A DNA stretch of 64,000 bases. Origin: Eledone cirrhosa (taxonomy: Eukaryota). Location: NCBI GenBank assembly GCA_964016885.1, contig OZ024756.1, positions 19,034,001 to 19,098,000 of the forward strand. Direction: 5' to 3'. The translations under genes were made by a program, and so were the position numbers. This document shows, piece by piece, positions 34,880 through 46,800 of the stretch (the stretch's first letter is position 1; every line of letters begins with the position of its first letter). Under the pieces are notes generated by a model. That model worked only from the letters and a program-made list of their open reading frames with translations, did no database searches and was not told the origin of the DNA.

Positions 34880-37150
34880 TCGAAAGCCACAGAACTGTAA
34901 CACCGACTTCCAACCGGTAGAAACAATAGTTTATAACTTTGACTATTAATCCGTATGGTGAGCAAATGGGGTCCCTCGTGCTGGCCTCCCCACAGCCCTG
35001 GCGGACAGGATGGAGAAGGCGTTTCCCTGGAAGAGCCATTCCAACTCACGAGGCTCACACCTGTGGCTGGCCAGCTCAGCGCCTATGGCGGTGAGTAGGG
35101 AGGTAGCCCTAGGGCCAAGGACACCAGAAGTCTCCACTGCTAGGGTCACGACCGTAGACCTGTCGGAGAGCGACCGGTACTTGGAGAGTTTGGCCTCCTC
35201 AGCTCGACGTGCAGCAGAACCTGGGTTAGTTGCAGACTGTACCAGGTTGCAGCTGGAGAAAGTGTTGGTGCAAGTGGCATCCCAGACGAGGGGTTTGCCA
35301 CCGCGGAACGGGAAGATGGTCATACCGTCTGGCCTTTTGCCGTCCCCTCGGTCCAGCCCCACCGGCTCGAGCTGGGAGGGGAAGCCTGCAGTGTCCAAGC
35401 CATGCTTAATGACCTCATTGAGGGCAGCATGGCGTGGAAGGCGATCGGCACTGTGGCGACAGGAAAGTGGGTGGAGTCTGAAAGAGTCCACGGTGGATCG
35501 ACAGCGACATCTATGTGGCTCGCAGATCCGAAGTCCAAGCCTCAAAGGAAATGCCGATGCGCAGGCTATCGTTATCCAGCAGCGTGCCAGTGGAGAAGGA
35601 GGGCAAGGCATGGAGCCAGGCACCACTGTGGGGTTTGGAGGCTGCGTGAAAACAGGCAAAGGCGGTGCTGGTCGAGCTGGCGTGTGAGCCTGTCTGAGGC
35701 CTGGCTGCTCTGGATGGCATCCCATACGCTTTGCGGGGTCAGGGCTCCATATGGCAAGTAGGCCAGCAGGTAGACAGAGGGGGCTCGGCTGAGGCAGGCA
35801 TTGAGCAGATGGTCCCGGCGTATGCAGTTAAAAGCATTCCTCATGTCAAGCTTGACAATGAGGGGCCTGGAGTCCCTGGATGCCGGTTCCGGTGGGCAGC
35901 TGTTGAAGAACTGCTTGGTTGCATTTGCAGTCCCCTCACAGCCACCGGACATGCCAGTTGCACCGGATTGAACTCCTCACCCAGTTCAGGTGTCATGGAC
36001 CTGCAGACCACCTTAGCAGCCAGCCTCCGGAAGACATTGCCCACAGCTATGGGGCGTATACTACCCTCTTTCTTTCTGAGAGCAGTCAGGCTAGCCGAAA
36101 AAAAGAGGCCCCAGGCGTGAGGATCCAGGGCGCCATAGATAAGCCTATTGGTGAGTGCCACAATTGCACTCAGAAGGCGGAAACTCCTTGAGGTGACCTG
36201 GTCAGAAACCATCAGCACCTCCACTGCTGCTAGCTGGGAAGGACTTGATGGCAGACATGATGTCTGCGTCGGAAGCCACAAGGAGCAGGTGGGGATCGGG
36301 TGGGGGTATGGGTCGGATGCCAGCAGGTGGCTCAGGGTGCTTGAGTCGCAGGGCAGCCAGGACCTCCTCGGTAGGTTGGAGGACAGTGTCCTCTGAGGCA
36401 ACCACTCTGACTACCGCCTTGACATCACCCATGATAAGTTTAGCATTTACACGGTCACGCAAACGCTTGGTGCTGGCCTCAGGGGTGGAGGATTGGAGGC
36501 ACCCAAGAGCAGGGGTTGTGGCGTCCTTCAGCATGCTTGGAATGGGCGCTTGCCCAAAGGACGAAACATTGGCCTTGACAAAGGGTGCTGTCGACATGCT
36601 GCCTCAGTCAGCGCCAGAGCTGGGGAGGCCGAGGGTGAGTGGGACGAAATAGAAGAGGCGCTCCCAGTCGCTGGCTCGATTGGAGTCCAGAGCACTCTCA
36701 ATCGAGGAAGTGAGGGCATTGGCTACTGGCACCCGGGCCGCTTTCGGGATCCTGAGTGGGATCTTCCGGAGCCGCCTGAGCTGAGCAATGTTGACCAGTG
36801 AGGCTTGGGCATCCGGCAAGCTTGCTGTCTCATCCGGTGGAGTGCCAGACGGTGATGGCTGGGCAGACGATGGTGGCTGGGCAGACGTAGGGAAGAGACA
36901 GTTTCTGCATCTCCACGCTGCGAGGGCACTGGATGAGTCAAGCCAACACAGGTGAGGTGGTGGAAGCAGCCGCACTCCGAACAGTTCCGGCCCTCTTTCG
37001 TCTGTTCGTGCTGCAGATGTCGACTGATAGAGGATGGAGCGTGGAGCCGGGGACTGGGGCACCAAGCGCATCAGGGGTGAGTGGCTGGTTGTCACCACCC
37101 TAGGTGCTAGGCACAACTGCACGTGGGTGAAAGGGAAAGTGTTGGTATGA
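34880..37150 (-). mobile_element. Decayed CRE-like non-LTR retrotransposon (RT + restriction-like endonuclease), frameshifted and internally deleted
   Basis: GC-rich island. Fragments: LTALRKKEGSIRPIAVGNVFRRLAAK, VKLDMRNAFNCIRRD, CRC..H..SC zinc knuckle, RHAALNEVI..EP..DGKRPDG..WDAT (RLE). The central RT YxDD region is missing near 35735. Confidence 0.8.
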
Positions 37151-37200
37151 GTGAGGCCTCATAGCTCATCTACATCAGATATGGAGGCGACAGAAGACAA

Positions 37201-39972
37201 TCATCATCATCATCATCATCACCGTTTTACGTCCGTTCTTCCACGCTAGCATGGGTTAGACGGGTTGTCCTGTTGTGGGCAGTGTCTGGTCGGCTGACCA
37301 TGCCTTGCTCATACAGGAACTGATCTGGCTTGATTTCTACAGCTGGATGCCCTTCCTAACACCAACCTCATTTACAGTGAGTGCTGGGTGCTTTTTCGTG
37401 GCGCCTACACGTCCACTTTACAGTGTGGGCTGGGTGCTTTTTTGCCGTGGCACCTCCACGACCACCTTGCGGTGGGGGGGGGGGCATATTGTTTATATGC
37501 TTCAGCATGTACCCATGGGAGGTCGGGTACCCTGTATTACTGCGTGACGCCAGAAGTCACGGTCGTGTGTCATTGACTTTGAGAGGTGTAGTTGGGTAAG
37601 GTCGGCTTTTATCACCTCATCCCAAGTCATCTTGGGTCTCCCCACTCCGCGGTTTCCATCAACTTCTAGTGCTCTGCACCTTTTTATGCAGCTGTCATCC
37701 TTCATACGCATCACATGTCCATACCAGCGTAACCGCCTCTCCTGCACGCAGCATTTGATTCCTCTTATGCTCAGTCTCTCTCTCAATTCATTTATGCTTT
37801 GTCGTTCACGTATATTACTGTTACACATCCATCGGAGCATGCAGGCTTCGTTTCTCTCTAATCTACGTAAGTCTTCCACCTTCAGCGCCCAGGTCTCACT
37901 ACCATGCAACATCGCTGTTCGGATACACGCATCATACAGTCTGCCTTTCATTCTGAGGGAGAAGCCTTTTGCAGCTAGCAGTGGTAGTAGTTCCCTAAAC
38001 TTCTTCCATCCCGTTCTTACCCTAGTTATTGTACTTTCTGAGCACCCACCTCCGTTGCTAATTCGGTCACCTAGGTAGCAGAAGCTGTCTACTGTTTCTA
38101 CAGGGCCCTCCCAGAGATTGGTGGTACTTGTTTCCTGTGGCTGTTTGCTTGCTGTTTCAGCACAGCTGCTGCATGTGAATCCTACATTCTTAATTAAGCT
38201 TCCTGAGATCCCGCTACATCTCTTGTGTACCCATTGTTTGCATTTGGGGCAAAGAATGGAGTTCCTACCTACACCTTTCCTACATACTGAGCAAGGCCAT
38301 TTCCCTGAGGGGATCTGGGTTCTGTTTTCTCGTCTACTTATAAGGACCTTAGTCTTTGTCATGTTGACTTTGAGGCCCTTTCTCTCTAGTCCCTGCTTCC
38401 AGGTTTGGAATTTATTCTCTAGTTCTACCATAGATTCAGCTATGAGTGCGAGGTCATCAGCATACAGGAGTTCCCATGGGCATCCGGTCTTAAACTCCTC
38501 CGTTATTGCCTGCAGGACTATGATGAACAGGAGAGGGCTAAGAACAGAGCCCTGGTGGACCCCAACCTGTACGCTAAATTCCTCGCTATACTCATTGCCA
38601 ATCCTAACTTTGCTGACTGCTCCCCTATACATGGCTTGTACCGCTTTCACAAGCCATTCATCTACTCCTAGTTTTCTAAGAGCCCACCAGATTACTGCAC
38701 GTGGAACTCTGTCAAAGGCTTTCTCAAGGTCGACAAATGCCAAGTAGAGTGGCTTACTTTTAGCTAGGTACTTTTCCTGTAATTGCCTCACAAGGAAGAG
38801 CGCATCAGTGGTGCCTTTCCCTGGAACAAACCCAAATTGCATCTCGTCTATATTCACCCGGTCCCTAATCAGCTGTGCTATAACTCTTTCTGTTACTTTC
38901 ATGACCTGGTCCATCAACTTTATACCTCTATAGTTTCCTCTATCTAGTGCATCGCCTTTACCTTTGTAGCAGTTGACAATGATGCTACTGCACCAATCTT
39001 TTGGTATGGCCCCCTCTAGTATTACCTGGTTAACGATACGTGTGGTTATAGTGTGACCTACAGACCCAGATGCCTTCAGCATCTCGGCAGCTATACCCGA
39101 TGGACCGGTTGCCTTCCCTATCTTCATATCTCTGATTGCCTTACTTACTACGCTGCCGCTGACTTGTACTGCTGGTCCCTCTATAGGGTCTACGTGGGGT
39201 AGGGTCTCTTCTTCCCATGCATTCTCCTCATTTAGTAATCTATCATAATGACTCTTCCATGCATCTTTCTTCTCAGCACTTGTGAGGGCAAGCTCACCTT
39301 TATCATTCCGGATACACTTCTCTCCAATGACATCACAACTATCTCTGACACACTGCCTCGCAATCTTGAATACCTCCTGTTTCTGGTCCTCACGTTGTAA
39401 AACATGCTTGAATTTTCTATCCTCTGCTTCCCTCCTAGCTAAGTATACTTGTCGCCTAGCTTCCCTCTTGGTCTCTATGTAATGTACCCTGCTCCCCCCG
39501 TTCTTCCATTCTTTCCATGCCTGTCTCTTGGCCTTGACTGCTTCATCTACCTTATTGTTCCACCACCAAGTCACTCTCCTCCTGCTTGAGGTCTTACTCC
39601 AGCCACAAACCTCATCCGTCGCCTCTAGTAAGTTATTTTTTAGGAACTCCCAGTTCTCTTCTACGTTAAATGTCTCTATCTGTTCTTCTTTACTGTCGTA
39701 GGCGTTGAGTAAAATATCTTTAAATCTGTTACTGGTTGAGGGGACTTTCAGCTTCCAGATCTTTCTTCTCCAGGTTGGCCTCTGTTTCAGGGCTCGTCTA
39801 GTTCTGACCGTGAGGTCGCTGACAACTAAGCTATGTTGGGATGTACATTCCTCACTAGGGAAGGCTTTTGTGTTTACGACCGTCCATCTGTCACGTCCTC
39901 TGATGAGGATAAAATCTAACTGACTAGAGTGCTCCCCTGATCTATAGGTGATCAGGTGGTTGTCGGGTTTTT
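37201..39972 (-). mobile_element. RTE-clade LINE, 5'-truncated, uninterrupted ORF (APE C-terminus, RT, PHD-like Cys/His finger), 3' UTR ending in (GAT)n
   Basis: ORF 37502-40030 contains SQLDFIL..SQHSLV (APE end), NYRGIKL, QFGF, FVDLEKAFDRV, GVHQGSVLSPLLF, LYADD, FCYLG and RRLRWYGHV. The tail reads tcatcatc on plus at 37201. Confidence 0.93.
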
Positions 39973-40934
39973 TAAAAGAGAAGGGGGGCTTGCATGGAGG
40001 GAGACACACACAAAAGTAGAAAGTTAGCAAATAAATAAATGAATGAATGGATGAATGTACAAAAAGAAAACAGGGGGTTATTCCCAGCGGAATGACCCAA
40101 AGGTTGTTATTCTCACTGATGCTGGAGTTGGCTTCCTCTTGTTAATGGTGGTGGTAGTGATTGCTGGTAAGATATTGGTGTATACACATATGTTGTTGTT
40201 GTTATTGTCACTGCCGCTGTCATATCCTTCCTCTTGTTAATGGTAGTGGTAGTTGATACTGATCCCTATTTCGGCTGCCAGGCTGGTTGCTGGGTCTCGA
40301 ATGCCTTCTTTCACCCAAGATGCGGTGTCGTTATTGTCTCTGTTGCTGTCGTTGCCTTCTTCTTGGTAATGGTAGTGATAATTGTTGGTACTACCTATTT
40401 CGGCTGTCAAGCTGGCTGCTGAATCTATGGCGTTATTATAGAAGACTCCCACCACCACCGCTATTTCAATGGTAAATTTTCTTTCTTCAGATTTTTCGTG
40501 TGCTGTTCACTAATTTAACCTTCAAGATTAAACCACTGGCCTTGTACCTATGAAAGAAACAATTATTTGTCGAGAGGACCCTTCAGTCGTGTCAAGAACA
40601 TGACAGCCCCACTAGTGCTTCGTGATCCACACAATAAACGCACCCAGTACATGCTGTAAAGTGGTTGGTGGTAGGAAGAACATACAGCCGTAGAAAGCCT
40701 GCCAAAGGTTTGAGGAGATCCTTTAGTTGTGTCAAGAACATCACAACTTCCTTCGTGTTTGGTGATCCACACGATAAACGCATCCAGTAGGCGCTGTAAA
40801 GTGGCTGGTGATAGGAAGAACAGGGAACTTTCTAGGCACAAATCCCATGGATGGTCATTCGTAACCGAAGTGGGTCTTTATATATATAGTAATAATATTT
40901 ACGAAGACCAAAATCCGTAGAAGGCTTGATATGT

Positions 40935-40993
<59 letters not shown>

Positions 40994-41224
40994 CATTCCA
41001 GCCTTTAACAACGAAAGCGGAGAGTAAAATGAAAAAAAAGGTGCCCCAAAACGGGGAGAAATGGGGAGATTTTACATAATAAAAACGATACTCATTTTTA
41101 CAAGGCCCCGTCGGACAGGGAGAATTGACAGGTCTGTTTATATATAAAAGTATTATAAACCCGTAGAACAAATATTTATTATTAGTACAGATTAAAGTTT
41201 AAGCAAAGAATTGCTGCTTTCACC

Positions 41225-41364
41225 CTTTTACGGGATCTTGTTTCAGAAGATCCCATAATAGGGTGAAAGCACACACACACACATATATATCAAATCAAAA
41301 GGTCGAGTTAAAAACTCTCAATAATTCCTCGGACACATATATGTGTATTTCTCTCCTTACTATG

Positions 41365-41403
<39 letters not shown>

Positions 41404-41576
41404 TTATAAAGAGTCGGGACCCGACGGGCTGAGTTCTTGTCGTTTCAACGGGTAGGTCCCGACTCTTTATAATTTAACCACACTATATAATATAATCATA
41501 CTACCCCAAGTACTCTGTTGAGTAATGGTCTAACCAGTTTCAAACTGAATCCACCCTTATATATATATTATATATA

Positions 41577-41616
<40 letters not shown>

Positions 41617-42134
41617 CATGAGAAGAAAGAGGAATACTGCGTGGTTGCACATGGGTTACATATTATAAAATTAGTCCCTCGTCAGTGATTTGCCAACCAT
41701 CATTGGTATTTCATCGCATTAAAAATCATATACCCCAGGTTGGTGCGAGCAATAACTAAAAAAAGCTATTGGGACAAGTGAGTCGCGTAAAGCGAGTGAG
41801 ACAAGTAAACAACATAGAAGGAAAAGCAAACCGAAGATAGGAAAAAAACAAGCAACATGATATATATATATATATATATTTGATATGTATGTATCATGTT
41901 GCTTGTTTTTTTCCTATCTTCGGTTTGCTTTTCCTTCTATGTTGTTTACTTGTCTCACTCGCTTTACGCGACTCACTTGTCCCAATAGCTTTTTTTAGTT
42001 ATTGCTCGCACCAACCTGGGGTATATGATTTTTAATGCGATGAAATACCAATGATGGTTGGCAAATCACTGACGAGGGACTAATTTTATAATATGTAACC
42101 CATGTGCAACCACGCAGTATTCCTCTTTCTTCTC

Positions 42135-42189
<55 letters not shown>

Positions 42190-42344
42190 AGGGTGGATTC
42201 AGTTTGAAACTGGTTAGACCATTACTCAACAGAGTACTTGGGGTAGTATGATTATATTATATAGTGTGGTTAAATTATAAAGAGTCGGGACCTACCCGTT
42301 GAAACGACAAGAACTCAGCCCGTCGGGTCCCGACTCTTTATAAC

Positions 42345-42377
<33 letters not shown>

Positions 42378-42516
42378 ACATAGTAAGGAGAGAAATACAC
42401 ATATATGTGTCCGAGGAATTATTGAGAGTTTTTAACTCGACCTTTTGATTTGATATATATGTGTGTGTGTGCTTTCACCCTATTATGGGATCTTCTGAAA
42501 CAAGATCCCGTAAAAG
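41225..42516. repeat. Near-perfect large palindrome (~630 bp arms, ~30 bp TA-rich spacer)
   Basis: 41225-41862 is the reverse complement of 41892-42516, apart from microsatellite length changes and a few substitutions. Confidence 0.95.
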
Positions 42517-42567
42517 AGCTTCCTGATGATTTCTCACGAATGAAACAGTTCTAGTCCTGTAGAAGCT
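42517..42567 (+). ncRNA. Type I hammerhead ribozyme motif
   Basis: agcttc-CTGATGA(42523)-tttc tcac gaat-GAAAC-ag ttctagtc ct-GTA-gaagct; stem I is 6 bp perfect. Confidence 0.78.
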
Positions 42568-42890
42568 TTTCTATATTAAAACATTTATACTCTGCTATGT
42601 ATTGAGTACCTTACTTACTGTGGTTAGCCACGATTGAACCCGGAATAACTTATATAATAAAAAAACGGAGTTAAAGACGCGTTAATCCCCTGTAATTTAA
42701 TGAGCTCAACGAGCTCAAGGATTAAGTACGGGGCTCTTCATAATACAGTATATAGAGAATAAAACACAAAAAGGGGTGTTTTCAATTACGAGGGGTAGAG
42801 AACCACTAGAGTGAAGAACATAAAGTCTACGAAAATTACCCCTCGTATTTGAAAACATACCCCCTTTTGTGTTTTCTTCTCTGTATACTG

Positions 42891-42932
<42 letters not shown>

Positions 42933-43563
42933 CACTTATAACGTTTACTGTGCATGTGAAGACGAGATTTTTTGTCTTGAAGATTTATCAAAAGCTTTAG
43001 AATTTGTCAGCATGTACATCTAGGTGTGGTTACCAGACACACACACACACAGACAGCATATAATATACTTTACTTCTCGACACTTTTCGTTGTGTTTTTC
43101 TGACCTAAATGCTAAGATCAATTTAGTGTTTTGGTTTTTTCTAGTCTATTACATCGCCTATGTATAACTCCCGTAAATTCGAAATACAATAAACATAGTA
43201 TATGGTTTTATGTAACGATACTTGGAAACAGAAGCAACACAAAATAACAGCTGTGTTGGGTGTTTTGTTTTGTTGTATTGTTTTTTTGTTATTTTCTTCG
43301 TATTTATAGTTACTTAAATTCAATATATAAGATTAAAATAACGAAAAATCTTCATTAGATGAAAGAATTTCGTAATTTTACTTTCAAAATAATTTCGGTC
43401 AGTAGATTGGGTGTTGTCGAGATTTGGCAAAGCTACAATATTGATATACATACAAATAAATAACGTAGAAAACTGTCATAGAAACTTTTTTTTTAAATCC
43501 CAACTGTAAACTCTGTGTAAAAGTATGTAAAGTATGACATGGTTAACAGGTTAAGATACTTAC

Positions 43564-43875
43564 AGTGGCTTCAAGTGGCTAATGAGTAAATTGCCCCAAT
43601 TTTAGTAATGGTATTAATATTAATATTATTCTTATTATTTTTTACATTCGTTGACACCGTTTACTTTGCCAAGACTACGATTCCCGATTTGAAGAAATTT
43701 TCTGATATGTTATTTGTTATTTTCTGTTTTTATTAACTATAATTTCTTTCTAATCTCGTTCGTTGGTTTGTTTGTTTTTATTGAACGTTATAACTACTGA
43801 AATGTAAATTAATAAAATTATTGTAAATGTCTTCAACATAAACTAATCGTTCTGGTAAGAAGGGACAGATTTTAG
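43564..43875. promoter_or_regulatory. Putative bidirectional promoter / 5' UTR region of copine (-) and IMPACT (+)
   Basis: The copine ATG at 31243 directly follows a splice acceptor, so an upstream exon is needed. A consensus minus-strand donor (GTAAGT) lies at 43563-43558 in repeat-free DNA about 310 bp before the first IMPACT ATG. Confidence 0.45.
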
Positions 43876-46800
43876 ATGTTCACCGCCGGAGTTGACACAA
43901 CATCAACTGTAATGGACGTAATAGAGGATAATTTAACACGGCAGGTTAGTGTTATAAAGTAATTATTGACTCTCACGCCATCAATGTTCAGACTATTAAT
44001 ATTAAACATATTTTATATCTTCGTCTGCTCATAGTGATTTAAACTGAAATGAAGACATCGAACGTAAGTTACCTTCTGAATGTAACAAACTTGTTACGGA
44101 GGAGCCCCTGAGTAGTCGCTCAACCTGCTAGAAATAATAGCCAGACCTTCCTGAAATCACACTCCAACCGTCGTAAATAGAGAAGGATACGGATTCATTA
44201 AACAATGTCACCTCCCTAATATACATAAAATACGGAATGATCACGCCTGGAACGGCGTTCCTTGATCATAAGCCTACTCGATCAGCTGGCACGTGATTAA
44301 AAAACTTTTTACTAATCGTCAATGTTAATTCAATAGTTAGCGGGTGACAGATCAGCAGAATTGGTTGAGCGTCCGATAAAATACCATTGCGGTATTTGTT
44401 TTGGCTCTTTACTTTCTGAGTTCAACTTTACGTCAACTTCACCTTTCATTCTTCCGAGGTCGATGAAATGAAATACTAATCAAATACTAGGGAGAGAAGG
44501 GGTTATTTAATCAACTTTGCTCCTCCCACAGAATTTACTTGCTTTCTGTCGAAATTAGAAATCGATATTTATCATTAGTTTTAAAAATTATATTAAAAAT
44601 AAATTGATTAAAAAAAAAAGAAACTTGGCAGTTATTCGCTTGTATACATGGACCAGAAACTCCTAATCGGGCCGTAGCGGCATCGTAGTAATATGTCTTG
44701 GTCACTTTAAACCTGGCGGAGCTCATCTCCTCTCCAGGACTTATTTATTAAACCGAGATTTTTTACCCTCCTAACTAACTATTCTAGTGTGCCATGTTTT
44801 AGACTCCTTCGCAATTCTATGTTTTTAAACCAGATTTTGTAGATTTAGAATCTACAAAAAGAAATTTGGAAACTTAGGTAGCAATACAAACAAACATCGT
44901 TATTTTTATATTAAATTATGAAAGCTAACTTTAGATTAGATATCATGTTTAAGGTAAATTACCTTTTCAAAGCATTAGTCTTCTTCATCTTCTTCCACTT
45001 ATTCCCGAGAGGGTCGTGGGATCAGAGTACTGAAACACTTCTTCCAGCGGGTCCTGTCAGAAGCAACCATCTCCAACTTCTTGCATTTAATTCAGCCATC
45101 TGCCTTCCACCAATCGTGAACACAACCCTGAGATACTTTAACTTCTCCACCTGCTTCAGTGGAACTCTATTTACATGGAAGGATTAGTCTATTTTTTACT
45201 TGTATTTAGATTGTTGTCTCTTTAGGATGAGAAATATATATAAGGTACAGCACTGGGGGTGTAATCCAGCATCTCTTTTAAGCTGTTGATTCCTGCGTAT
45301 ATTTTACACAGCTACAGTTGCTGTGTCGGATATTTTTCAGTAAAATGACTATTTTTTAAAACAAACATTTAACAACACATATCAGAAAGATTGTCAAACG
45401 TCACATCAATAAACTAGTAACCCCATCTAGCTCTGAAGTTATGAACTGTTGGAAAAGAGTTCAAACATGCTAGGACGACTGGAATGCATACATTTTAGGA
45501 CGAATTATCTCGTCTATGGCACTGAAGAGGTTAATATCGAATACATGAACAATCACTCAAACTGGGAAATTTGCGTTTTGACATCATACATTCTACCCTT
45601 TGCTTGTAGAGACAATCTATTAGTTGTCAACAGGGGTAGTAGCTCCTTAGACTTTTTCCACCCAAAACTTATTCTAGCTATTTTGCTTTCAAAACAATTT
45701 TATATATAGAATGAACCCTTTAGCATTGAAACCGGCTGTATCTGGCCAGAATCCTCTTTCTGTTCAAACTGGCCACTCATACTGATGTTAAGGTATTATT
45801 CTTAACATAAATAATATCAAAATCTCATAGATTCGATATTATGTGAAGTAAAGCCTTTACAGTGAAAATATAACAGTAAATATAGAATAATATAAATGCT
45901 AAAGGGTTAATGTAAAGAATGACGTGTTCATGTACAGAGATGCTATAAAATAACTTATAAAATAGGGTCAAGACCCTTAAAAGACAGAAAAAGAAGTTGT
46001 CATCAGCCAGTATGAGGTATTGAACCCCATATCTCCCAGATACCAGCTTGGGTTAATCGGTGTCTGGAAGATATAGAGTTCAATTTCTCATAGTGGCTGA
46101 TGGCTACTTCTTTTAAAGGTCTTCACCTTATTTTAAAGCATATCTGCACATCATTCTCAGCGCCTCAACGTCCGATCTCTCGGCTATGTATAACTTTATA
46201 TATATATATATATACTGTCATCGTTTTTACATCCATTTTTCCACACTTGCAATGGCTGAGACGGGTCCTTTTCAGCACAGCATCTCTCCTCTCATCACAA
46301 TCCTTTGTCATCTCCTCTGTGAGTCTCAGCAATTTGAGATCAGCTCACCACCTCCACCCAGGTCTTTCATGGTCTACCTCTACTGCAGCTTCCTTCCACT
46401 GGGATGTATATATAAGGGATGGATGATACTTTAGAGTTACCTAGTAATATTTGTTTCTACTTTTTTTTTTAGTAATATTGAAGTTAAAACATGTGTAGAC
46501 ATTAATAAAATGATTTGAAGTACTTTCTTTGTTGTCAATTGATTTAAATATATATAGAGATTTCATCATCCTCATCGTTTTATGTCATTTTTCCATGCTG
46601 GCATGGGTTATATGAGTTGTTCTGTTGTGTGCAATGTTAGGTCAGGTGATCGTGTCTTGCTCCTACAGAACTGATTTTGGCTTGGTTTCTACAGCTGGAT
46701 GCCCTCCTAATGCCAACCTCATTTAAAGTGAGTACTGGGAGCTTTTTGTTGTGACGCTTACACAACCACTTTACAGTGTGGACTGGGTGCTTTTTTGTCG

